Assembly (NCBI GenBank): GCA_052171195.1 | Contig: JBQMZB010000001.1 | Coordinates: forward strand, 336,734-400,733 | Direction: 5' to 3' | DNA length: 64,000 nucleotides | DNA from: Bacillales bacterium | GTDB lineage: Bacteria > Bacillota_I > Bacilli_A > RFN20 > CAG-826 | Part shown: positions 41,002 to 50,076 of the stretch, one piece after another | Layout of the letters: each line of letters starts with the position of its first letter | Numbering within the stretch: position 1 is the stretch's first letter | Position numbers and translations under genes: made by a program | Notes under the pieces: model-generated | What the model was told of the DNA's origin: nothing | Database searches by the model: none | The model's input: only the letters and a program-made list of their open reading frames with translations

Positions 41002-41709
41002 ATGAGTATTAAAAAAATTCAATTACCCAAATATACATTAGCACAAGAAATTTCTAACGCAATTACTCATGGAGTTGGGGCTATTTTTGGTATTATTATT
41101 TTAATATTAATGCTTCTTAAAATTAATTTATGGGGTTATCAAGGTAGTAGTAATACTGATTTAATATATAGGAATATCGGGGTAATATTATACGCAAGCG
41201 GTATGATAATATGCTATACGATTAGTTGTATTTATCATAGTTTAGCAAAAAATAAAGGTAAAAAAGTATTAAGAGTAATAGATCATGATATGGTTTACCT
41301 ATTAATAGGAGGAACTTATTCAGTTTATTGTTTGGTTCCTTTAAGGGATGTAACAATTTGGAATACATTACCATATGCAGGATTTTTTGTATTTGTTTTA
41401 TGTTGGATTGGTGTTACAATTGGAATTGTTTTTAATTCAATTGATATTAAAAAATATGCAATTCTAAGTTATATTCTTTATATTTTAATTGGTTGGCTAA
41501 TTATAATTTGTTTTAAAGAGCTTATTAATTCAATAAGTTTAGCTGGGACATTATATTTATTATTTGGAGGAATAGCATATACAATTGGAGCTATTCTCTA
41601 TGGTATTGGAGCTAAAAAATCATTATGGTTCCATACTGTTTTTCATTGTTTTATTCTTTTAGGAACAATTTTACAATTCATTTCAATTTGGTTTTATGTT
41701 TTAAATTAA
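41002..41709 (+). CDS. Hemolysin-III / PAQR family membrane protein
   Basis: 235 aa with 7 TM helices and 'HSLAKNKGKKVLRVIDHDMVYLLIGGTYS'. AAGGTGG SD. Confidence 0.7.
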   Translation: MSIKKIQLPKYTLAQEISNAITHGVGAIFGIIILILMLLKINLWGYQGSSNTDLIYRNIGVILYASGMIICYTISCIYHSLAKNKGKKVLRVIDHDMVYLLIGGTYSVYCLVPLRDVTIWNTLPYAGFFVFVLCWIGVTIGIVFNSIDIKKYAILSYILYILIGWLIIICFKELINSISLAGTLYLLFGGIAYTIGAILYGIGAKKSLWFHTVFHCFILLGTILQFISIWFYVLN

Positions 41710-41771
41710 AAATAATTTATTTTAAAAGTATATTTATATAATAATTTATAAGTATTTGTTATAATTTTTGT

Positions 41772-44633
41772 ATGTCAATTAATGAAATTGTTATTAAAGG
41801 TGGCAAAGAAAATAACCTTAAAAATATTAATTTAACTATTCCTAAAAATAAGTTAATTGTTTTTACTGGCGTCTCTGGTAGCGGAAAGTCTACTTTAGCT
41901 TTCGACACAATTTTTGCTGAAGGACAAAGAAGATTTGTTGAATCATTATCAAGTTATGCTAGACAGTTTTTAGGTAATTTTGAAAAGGCTAATGTAGATT
42001 CTATATCAGGTTTATCCCCTGCAATAGCAATAGAACAAAAAACTCAATCTCATAATCCGCGTAGCACTGTTGGAACTGTTACTGAAATTTATGATTATTT
42101 AAGACTTCTATACGCTAAAATTGGTATTCCATATTGTCCAAAACATAACAAACCAATAATTTCTTTTAGTGTTCAAAAAATTACAGATATTGTTTTAAAA
42201 GATTTTAATAATAAAAAATTAATAATTTTAGCACCTATTAAAAAAGATAATATTAATCTAAAAAAAGAAATTCAAAGCGTTCAAAGTAATGGATTTGTTA
42301 GAGTTAGAATTAACGATAAAATTTTAAACATTGACGAAATAACAAATTACAACTATAAGAACATTGATAATTTTGATATTGTCATTGATAGAGTTTTTGT
42401 TACAAATGATAATAAAAGTCGTATATTTGATGATATTGAATTAAGTACTAAGTATGGCGATGGTATTGTTTGCTTATTGATAGATGATAAAGAATTTAAA
42501 TATTCTATAAAAAATAAATGTACAGAATGTGGTTATCAAATTCCTAATTTGGAACCAAGGTTTTTTTCATTTAATTCTCCTTTAGGAGCATGTTCATCGT
42601 GCAATGGGTTAGGTTTTAATTTAGAAGCTAGTTTGGATTTACTCGTTCCTGATCAAACGCTTTCAATTAATCAAGGAGCAATAATATATTATAAAAATAG
42701 TATTGGTAGCCAAAACTTAGAATGGATGGAATTTGATTATTTATTATCATATTACAATATTAATAAAGATATACCGTTTAATAAATTATCAGAAAAAGAA
42801 AAATCTATTATATTAAATGGTTCACCCGATATTATCGAGTATAAACTTACTTCTTCAAGTGGAAATACACTTCATCGTAAAAGAAACATTGAAGGTGTGA
42901 AAACACATGTGGAAAGATTGTATAATGAAACTCAAAGTGATTTTTTAAGACAATATTATTATAAATTTTTAAGAAATAAAGTATGTAGTAAATGTCATGG
43001 TTCGAGACTAAGTGATGAGGTATTATGCGTAAAAATTAATGGCTTAAATATACATGAATTAACATGTTTAACTCTAGATAATTTTTATAAATTTATATGT
43101 GATTTAGATAATAAATTATCGGATTATGAAAAAGCTGTTAGTGATTTGATAGTAAAAGAAATTAAAAATAGAACAGAGTTTTTAATCAATGTTGGTTTGT
43201 CCTATTTAACATTAACAAGATACGCTATGACTTTATCTGGTGGAGAATCACAAAGAATAAGACTTGCAACACAAATAGGTAGTAAATTGTCAGGTGTTTT
43301 ATATGTTCTTGATGAACCATCTATTGGACTCCACCAAAGAGATTCATGGAAATTAATTAACACCCTAAAAGAAATGAGAGATCTTGGTAATACTATTATC
43401 GTAGTTGAGCATGATGAAGAAATGATAGTAAGTGCTGATTATATTGTTGATATTGGTCCTGGTGCAGGTGATTATGGTGGCGAAGTAGTAGCACAAGGTA
43501 ATTTAGAAACGATTAAAAAAAGCAAAAAAAGTATAACAGGACAATATTTAACCAGAGAAAAATATATACCAGTTCCTTACACTAGAAATAAAGGGAATGG
43601 TAAATTTATTAAATTATATAATTGTCACACGAACAATTTAAAAAATATTAATGTATCTTTCCCATTAGGTTGCTTTATTTGTGTTACCGGTGTATCGGGA
43701 AGTGGTAAATCCTCTCTTGTTAATGGGACACTTCTTCAAGCAATTAATAAGGAGTTGTTACATAAAAATATAGAACAAGGTTTGTATTCAAAAATAGAAG
43801 GATTAGAGAACATTGATAATGTTATAAACATTAGTCAAGAACCAATTGGTAAAACTCCAAGAAGTAACCCTGCTACTTATGTTAAAGCTTTTGATGATAT
43901 AAGGGATATTTTTGCTGAAACAATCGAAGCGAAAACAAGAGGTTATAATAAATCAAGGTTTAGTTTCAATTTAAGTGGTGGAAGATGTGAAAATTGTAAT
44001 GGTGATGGTGTTATAAAAATTTCTATGAATTTCTTACCTGATGTATATGTAAAATGTCATGAATGCAATGGAAAAAGATATAACGAAGAAACATTACAAG
44101 TTACTTATAGAAATAAAACCATCTCAGATGTTTTAGATATGAGAATAGAAGAAGCTTATAATTTTTTCAAAGACCATCATAAACTTGCTAAGAAACTTAA
44201 ATATTTGGTCGATGTCGGTCTAGGATATATGAAAGTCGGTCAACAGTCGAATACAATTTCTGGAGGTGAAGCACAAAGAGTAAAACTTTCTAGTTATCTC
44301 CAAAAGAAACCTACAGGGAAGACAATATATATACTTGATGAACCTACTACAGGTTTACACACTGATGACATAGCTAGATTGTTATCTATTTTAGAAAAAA
44401 TAGTTTTAGGTGGTGATACTATTATTTGTATCGAACACAATTTAGATTTAATTAAAGTCGCTGATTATATTATTGATATTGGCCCAGAAGGTGGCGATCG
44501 AGGTGGACAAATAGTTGCGCAAGGAACTCCGGAAGAAGTTTCGAATAACGATTCAAGTTATACTGGGAAATATCTTAAAAAGATTTTAGAAGAAGATAAA
44601 AATAGAAAGGATAAAATTAAAAATGAACTTTGA
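41772..44633 (+). CDS. uvrA: Excinuclease ABC subunit A
   Basis: 953 aa. Two ABC modules ('GVSGSGKSTLAFDT' and 'GVSGSGKSSLV') and zinc-finger CxxC pairs. Confidence 0.96.
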   Translation: MSINEIVIKGGKENNLKNINLTIPKNKLIVFTGVSGSGKSTLAFDTIFAEGQRRFVESLSSYARQFLGNFEKANVDSISGLSPAIAIEQKTQSHNPRSTVGTVTEIYDYLRLLYAKIGIPYCPKHNKPIISFSVQKITDIVLKDFNNKKLIILAPIKKDNINLKKEIQSVQSNGFVRVRINDKILNIDEITNYNYKNIDNFDIVIDRVFVTNDNKSRIFDDIELSTKYGDGIVCLLIDDKEFKYSIKNKCTECGYQIPNLEPRFFSFNSPLGACSSCNGLGFNLEASLDLLVPDQTLSINQGAIIYYKNSIGSQNLEWMEFDYLLSYYNINKDIPFNKLSEKEKSIILNGSPDIIEYKLTSSSGNTLHRKRNIEGVKTHVERLYNETQSDFLRQYYYKFLRNKVCSKCHGSRLSDEVLCVKINGLNIHELTCLTLDNFYKFICDLDNKLSDYEKAVSDLIVKEIKNRTEFLINVGLSYLTLTRYAMTLSGGESQRIRLATQIGSKLSGVLYVLDEPSIGLHQRDSWKLINTLKEMRDLGNTIIVVEHDEEMIVSADYIVDIGPGAGDYGGEVVAQGNLETIKKSKKSITGQYLTREKYIPVPYTRNKGNGKFIKLYNCHTNNLKNINVSFPLGCFICVTGVSGSGKSSLVNGTLLQAINKELLHKNIEQGLYSKIEGLENIDNVINISQEPIGKTPRSNPATYVKAFDDIRDIFAETIEAKTRGYNKSRFSFNLSGGRCENCNGDGVIKISMNFLPDVYVKCHECNGKRYNEETLQVTYRNKTISDVLDMRIEEAYNFFKDHHKLAKKLKYLVDVGLGYMKVGQQSNTISGGEAQRVKLSSYLQKKPTGKTIYILDEPTTGLHTDDIARLLSILEKIVLGGDTIICIEHNLDLIKVADYIIDIGPEGGDRGGQIVAQGTPEEVSNNDSSYTGKYLKKILEEDKNRKDKIKNEL

Positions 44634-46098
44634 TTTAATACATAAAATAACTTTAATTTCATCAATATTGGCATTTGTTATATCTATTATTTTATTTATC
44701 ATTCCAACAAGGAAAATTTATTTAAAAAACAATATTTTAAATATTGATTTTATTAAAAAAGAATTTAGATTTTATATTCCATCTTTAATTATATTTGTTG
44801 TAGGTAGTTTACTTTTTACTCTACAATTTCATTCTAATCCGTTTAATAGAGATTATATATTTAATGACTTAAAAACAACAATTAAACCAATACATTTCGT
44901 ATTTATATATTTAGGGAGTGTTTTATCCGGTATTACTTTTTACATAATGTCAAGTTCAATATTGGTTTTAGCAATTTTTAGAATTAATGTTAATAAATAT
45001 AAAAAATTAGTTATATTTACTGCAATTTCTGTATTTATATTTTTAATAAGTTTTATTATTCATATTGAAGGATGGGCAGATTATATTCGTTATCCATTAT
45101 GTAATAGAATTTATATCGGAATTGATGGAATTAAGTTAACAACAGTTAACACAGGGTATGATTGGGCTATAAAACCTGATGGCAAAGGAATTGAGATAGC
45201 GCTTTACGCTATTTGCATTTTAATAGGAGCGTTAACTACATTATTTATTACTAATTTACAAATTAGAAGAGTATATAAAGATTCTTCATTCTTATTAACT
45301 GTATTTGTAATTGGATTACCATTAGGAATTGTAGGGGCTAGACTATGGTATGTTGTAGGAAATTTCTATAGAGAAGGATTTGATAAAAATATTTCAGCTA
45401 TCTTTGACTTTAAAAATGGTGGATTAACAATCATGGGAGCTTCCTTAGGAATAATTGGTGGAGTATTTTATCTTTTATATATGAAATATAAAATTAAAGA
45501 TAAATTATTTGTTAGTATGAACTACCTTATCCTGCTTGATTTTATTGTTCCTGCTATTTTATTAGCTCAAGTTATTGGAAGATACGGTAATTTTTTTAAT
45601 AATGAAGTACATGGTAATTTAGTTAACAATTCAAATTTATTATTAAGAATCATTTCTAATAATATGAAATTTTCTTCTGTTAAACCAATATTCTCTAATG
45701 AACAATATCATGTTGCTTTGAATTCAAATAAAATATATGCCCCTTTATTTTTAGTTGAAGGTGCATTGAATTTTATAAATTATCTATTTATAGAATTTGG
45801 ACTTATTTATTTATTTAGAAATTGTAGCAAAATAAATAAAACGATTAAAAATATTATAACCCCGGAGGGTTGTGGTTTATCATATTATTTTATATCTTAT
45901 GGAACTACTAGATTTATCTTAGAACCTCTTAGAGACAATAATTTCAATATGGGTTCCAATAATAAATGGAGTACTTATAATTCATTAGTTATGTTAATCA
46001 TCGGTTTATTAATACTTTTATTCTTGATTATCTGGCAATTCAAAAGAGATAAAGGACAATGGATTTTAAAAGTTAAGGATAAAAAGATCAATGCTTAA
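44623..46098 (+). CDS. lgt: Prolipoprotein diacylglyceryl transferase with roughly 150-190-aa N-terminal membrane extension
   Basis: Lgt signature 'IGRYGNFFNNEVHGN' (G-R-x-G-N-F-x-N-x-E), plus 'GARLWYVVGNFY' and 'GGLTIMGASLGIIGG'. Total length 491 aa. Confidence 0.75.
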   Translation: MNFDLIHKITLISSILAFVISIILFIIPTRKIYLKNNILNIDFIKKEFRFYIPSLIIFVVGSLLFTLQFHSNPFNRDYIFNDLKTTIKPIHFVFIYLGSVLSGITFYIMSSSILVLAIFRINVNKYKKLVIFTAISVFIFLISFIIHIEGWADYIRYPLCNRIYIGIDGIKLTTVNTGYDWAIKPDGKGIEIALYAICILIGALTTLFITNLQIRRVYKDSSFLLTVFVIGLPLGIVGARLWYVVGNFYREGFDKNISAIFDFKNGGLTIMGASLGIIGGVFYLLYMKYKIKDKLFVSMNYLILLDFIVPAILLAQVIGRYGNFFNNEVHGNLVNNSNLLLRIISNNMKFSSVKPIFSNEQYHVALNSNKIYAPLFLVEGALNFINYLFIEFGLIYLFRNCSKINKTIKNIITPEGCGLSYYFISYGTTRFILEPLRDNNFNMGSNNKWSTYNSLVMLIIGLLILLFLIIWQFKRDKGQWILKVKDKKINA

Positions 46099-46738
46099 GT
46101 ATTTAGTTTTCGATATGGATGGAACATTAATCGATACTGATAATATAATAATTAATATCTGGACGGAATTATTAAAAAAATATTATGGTAAAGATTATAA
46201 GATAGATATTGAGTTAATTAAAACTTTTAGTGGTCCTCCGATTAATGAAACTTTTAATAAAATGTTTCCTAATCTTAATCATGATGAAATTAAACAAGTT
46301 TATAACGATATTTCTATAAAATATTACGATCAATTTTTAGAAGGATTTCCTAATTTTAAATATATTCTTAATAAATTTTATAAAGAAGGATATAAACTTT
46401 CTATTTTCACAAATAAAAATAAAGAAAGAAGTATTTATTGTCTTAAAAAACTTAATATATTTCATTTATTTGACATATTAGTGTGTGCAGAAGATGTTAA
46501 ATTTAATAAACCAAATCCAGAAGGATTATATAAAATAAAAGAATTTTATCAATGCAATCTTGATGAAATGATTTATATCGGAGATACATTATATGATTAT
46601 AAGGTAGCTAAAAACGCTGATATTGATGTTATTTTAATGACAATGAAGAAGCGTGTTTTAAGCGATAATATTAAACCGTATTGTTTTGTTGATTCGTATG
46701 ATCAATTATATAAAGAGGTAAAAAAATATGAGAATTGA
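46091..46738 (+). CDS. HAD-superfamily phosphatase (PpaX/PGP-like)
   Basis: 'VFDMDGTLIDTD' motif I. Its position after lgt parallels B. subtilis lgt-(yvoF)-ppaX. Confidence 0.55.
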   Translation: MLKYLVFDMDGTLIDTDNIIINIWTELLKKYYGKDYKIDIELIKTFSGPPINETFNKMFPNLNHDEIKQVYNDISIKYYDQFLEGFPNFKYILNKFYKEGYKLSIFTNKNKERSIYCLKKLNIFHLFDILVCAEDVKFNKPNPEGLYKIKEFYQCNLDEMIYIGDTLYDYKVAKNADIDVILMTMKKRVLSDNIKPYCFVDSYDQLYKEVKKYEN

Positions 46739-47654
46739 AAAAGATGTATTAATTATAGGAGCGGGTGTTGCTGGGATTAGTGCAGCTGTTTATTTATCAA
46801 GAAGTAAATATAGTTTTATCTTACTTGAAAATAATTTAATAGGCGGGAAGTTAAACACTATAACAAATATTGAAAATCTTCCCGGATTTGATTTTATTAC
46901 TGGATTTGAACTTATAGGTAGATATCAAAAACAATTAAATAAAAATAATATCCAAGTAACTAAAGATAAAATTAAATATATTAAAAAAATAGATAATTTA
47001 TTTGAAATTTGTTGCGATAATGATATTTATGTTTGCAAAACTATAGTTATTGCAACAGGAACTTCTATCCAAAAGAAAAACATCAAAGGAGAACAAAAGT
47101 ATTTAGGTAAAGGAGTTTCTTATTGCGCTATTTGTGATGGTTTCTTCTATAAAAACAAAGATATTTGTGTTTTTGCCAATGAAAATAAAGGTTATAAGGA
47201 AGCATTATATTTATCAAATATTGTTAATAAAATTTATTTAATAAATGATAATAATTTGGATGATGAAGAAAATAATCTTTCAAAATTAAAATCATTAACA
47301 AATATTGAATTTTTATATCCATATTCACTTGACTCATATGATGGAGATGAATATTTAAATACAGTAAATATTAGTAATAATAACGATAAAACAAAACTAA
47401 CTTTAAATGTTGACGCTATTTTTCCATTCACAGGAGATACTCCATCTTCCTACTTATTTAATTCTTTAGATTTAGATATGGAAAAAGGTTATATAAAAGT
47501 AAACGATAAACAAGAAACTAATATTGAAGGCATATATGCTGCTGGAGATATTTGTTTTAAACCATTAAAACAAATAATAACAGCTAGCAGTGATGGAGCA
47601 GTTGCTGCGACAAATATCATTAAATATTTAAATTCTATTAAAATTAAACAATAA
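46728..47654 (+). CDS. Thioredoxin-reductase-like flavoprotein with a degenerate NAD(P)H-binding motif
   Basis: FAD motif 'IIGAGVAGISAAVYL', redox-active 'CAICDG', then 'EALYLSNI', 'GYIKV' and 'GIYAAGDI'. At the position of GGGNxA (the second GxGxxA) it reads 'VFANENKGY'. Confidence 0.6.
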   Translation: MRIEKDVLIIGAGVAGISAAVYLSRSKYSFILLENNLIGGKLNTITNIENLPGFDFITGFELIGRYQKQLNKNNIQVTKDKIKYIKKIDNLFEICCDNDIYVCKTIVIATGTSIQKKNIKGEQKYLGKGVSYCAICDGFFYKNKDICVFANENKGYKEALYLSNIVNKIYLINDNNLDDEENNLSKLKSLTNIEFLYPYSLDSYDGDEYLNTVNISNNNDKTKLTLNVDAIFPFTGDTPSSYLFNSLDLDMEKGYIKVNDKQETNIEGIYAAGDICFKPLKQIITASSDGAVAATNIIKYLNSIKIKQ

Positions 47655-47673
47655 TTAAGTTAAAATAATATAA

Positions 47674-48636
47674 ATGGATAATCAAATTAGTTTTACTCAA
47701 CAAATAAAAGAGGAATTAACAAATTTAACTTTTAAAGATGATTATTATATATCTTTGCTGAGCTCTTTTATTAGAATTACTGGTACAATTGTTATTTCTA
47801 AATCAAACAATAAACTTGTTTTGAAAAGTGAGAACAGCAAGGTTGTTAAATATATTTATTCATTACTTAAAAAATTTTTTCCTGAGATTACTATTTCATT
47901 TACTTATAAAAGAAGAATGAAATTTTATAAATCAATTGAATATCTTATTAATATTATAGGAGATGACGATATTGAAGCTATTTTTAAATTTTTAAAAATA
48001 GATTTTTTATCTAATAATATTGAATATGTAATAATTAATAGTCAAGATAAAATAAGAGGTTATCTAACAGGTGTATTTTTAGCTACAGGTAGTTGTAATA
48101 GTCCTAAGAGTAGTAATTATCATTTAGAAATGTATACAAATGATGAAGAGTACTCTAAATCAATATTAAAATTATTTAATAAAATTAAACCTATTTCTTT
48201 TGATTTTAAACTAGTTAAAAGAAGGAATAACTACGTTTTATATTTAAAAAAATCATCTTTAATAAGTGATTTTTTAGCATATTTAAATGCCTCTAATTCA
48301 TGTTTATATTTTGAAAATATTAGAGTTGATAGAGATTTTTTTAACGTTAATAATAGGCTTATAAATATGGATACGTATAATTTTAATAAAACAGTTTTAA
48401 AGTCTAAAGAACAAATAAAATATATTGATATTATTGACAAAAAATTAGGTATTAAAAATATTGCAAATAAAAAACTTAGAGAACTTTGTTACTTACGAAA
48501 AGAACATATGGAAGCTAGTTATCAAGAGCTTGCAATCCTACTCAGTGAAAAAATTAATTCAGAAGTTTCTAAATCTAATATTAATCATTTATTTATAAGT
48601 TTAAAAAATAAAGCTAAGGAGCTAGATTGTGAATAA
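47674..48636 (+). CDS. whiA: Sporulation/cell-division regulator WhiA family protein
   Basis: 320 aa. 'FTQQIKEELTNL' N-terminus, LAGLIDADG-like middle and a C-terminal HTH. Its position after the trxB-like gene matches Bacillus. Confidence 0.72.
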   Translation: MDNQISFTQQIKEELTNLTFKDDYYISLLSSFIRITGTIVISKSNNKLVLKSENSKVVKYIYSLLKKFFPEITISFTYKRRMKFYKSIEYLINIIGDDDIEAIFKFLKIDFLSNNIEYVIINSQDKIRGYLTGVFLATGSCNSPKSSNYHLEMYTNDEEYSKSILKLFNKIKPISFDFKLVKRRNNYVLYLKKSSLISDFLAYLNASNSCLYFENIRVDRDFFNVNNRLINMDTYNFNKTVLKSKEQIKYIDIIDKKLGIKNIANKKLRELCYLRKEHMEASYQELAILLSEKINSEVSKSNINHLFISLKNKAKELDCE

Positions 48637-48862
48637 CATTGAACAAATTTTTTCAGTTAATTATCAGTTAGGATTAAGAATTAGGTTTTTAAGAAAAGAA
48701 AAAAAATATTCTATTGAGGATTTAGCTTTAGAATGCAACATAAATACAAATTATCTTTCAGATCTAGAGAGAGGAAAGAGAAACCCTACACTTAAAGTTT
48801 TATATAAAATTTGTAATGGCTTAAATATTAATCTTGAAGAACTGATGAGAGGAATTGGGTAA
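48629..48862 (+). CDS. XRE-family helix-turn-helix transcriptional regulator
   Basis: 77 aa, 'IEDLALECNINTNYLSDLERGKRNPTLKVLYKI'. A GTG start lies 9 nt after AAGGAG and overlaps the whiA end. Confidence 0.55.
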   Translation: MNNIEQIFSVNYQLGLRIRFLRKEKKYSIEDLALECNINTNYLSDLERGKRNPTLKVLYKICNGLNINLEELMRGIG

Positions 48863-48864
48863 TT

Positions 48865-50076
48865 ATGGAATCTATTAAAAATATTTTTATTATTGGATAT
48901 GGACCATCTTCATCACACACTATCGGTCCTTATAAGGCTTGTTTATCCTTTATAGAAAATAATGATTTTGATTTTGTTGAAGTTTACTTATATGGTTCTT
49001 TAGCCTTGACAGGTAGAGGTCATTTAACTGATGTAATTATTAAAAAAGCTTTAAATTCTATTCCAAATGAGGTAATTTTTGTCAATAAATTAGATAATTT
49101 AAAACATCCAAATACTTTATTATGTAAAGGATATAAAAATAATATTTTAATAAAAGAACAAGAATATTATTCTTTAGGTGGTGGTAAAATTTCTAAAAAT
49201 CTAGATAAAAATTATATAAGCGAAGATGTTTACCCTTTTAATAATTTTGAAGAAATTAAAGAATATTTAAAAAATAATAATTTAGATTTAATAAATTTTA
49301 TAAACAAATTTGAAAATAATGATTTAGATGAGTATTTTGATAATATATTTAATAAAATTATTTACGAATTAGAAAATAATTTATTTAAAGAAGGTATTAT
49401 TCCTGGTAAATTAAAATTACAAAGAGTGAGTAAAAAAATATATGACGATGCTTTAAAATTAAATAATGAAGAAGAGAAAAAAGTAATGTTAGTTACTTCT
49501 TTTGCATATGCTTGTAGTGAAGGGAATGCATGTGGAGAAGAAGTTGTTACTGCTCCAACTTGTGGTTCTTGCGGTGTATTACCATCTATATGTTATTATG
49601 AATATAAATATAATAAACGAGATAAAAAAGGTATTATAAATGCTCTTAAAATAGCTGGTCTGATCGGGAATATTTGCAAATGCAACGCATCGATAAGTGG
49701 TGCTGTTCATGGATGTCAAGCAGAAATTGGAGTCGCGGCTTCAATGGCCAGTGCAGCTTTAGCATATTTAAATAATCTAAGTCTATATCAAATTGAATAT
49801 GCTGCTGAAGTTGCCCTTGAACATTTTTTAGGCTTAACCTGTGATCCTGTTATGGGGTATGTTCAAATCCCTTGTATTGAAAGAAACGGGATAGCTGCAA
49901 TGCGAGCATACACTAGTTATTTTTATGCTAAAAATATATCTATTTATAGAGTTAATCGTGTAAGTTTAGATGATGTAGTGTATACTATGCGAATTACAGG
50001 TGATTCTTTAAATCCTGACTATAAAGAAACTAGTAAAGGCGGACTTGCTAAATTATTTAAAGAAACTAAAGTTTAA
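48865..50076 (+). CDS. sdaA: L-serine dehydratase, iron-sulfur dependent, fused beta-alpha single chain
   Basis: N-terminal 'GYGPSSSHTIGP' (beta-chain motif) and 'APTCGSCGVLPS' (alpha-chain Cys cluster). Confidence 0.75.
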   Translation: MESIKNIFIIGYGPSSSHTIGPYKACLSFIENNDFDFVEVYLYGSLALTGRGHLTDVIIKKALNSIPNEVIFVNKLDNLKHPNTLLCKGYKNNILIKEQEYYSLGGGKISKNLDKNYISEDVYPFNNFEEIKEYLKNNNLDLINFINKFENNDLDEYFDNIFNKIIYELENNLFKEGIIPGKLKLQRVSKKIYDDALKLNNEEEKKVMLVTSFAYACSEGNACGEEVVTAPTCGSCGVLPSICYYEYKYNKRDKKGIINALKIAGLIGNICKCNASISGAVHGCQAEIGVAASMASAALAYLNNLSLYQIEYAAEVALEHFLGLTCDPVMGYVQIPCIERNGIAAMRAYTSYFYAKNISIYRVNRVSLDDVVYTMRITGDSLNPDYKETSKGGLAKLFKETKV

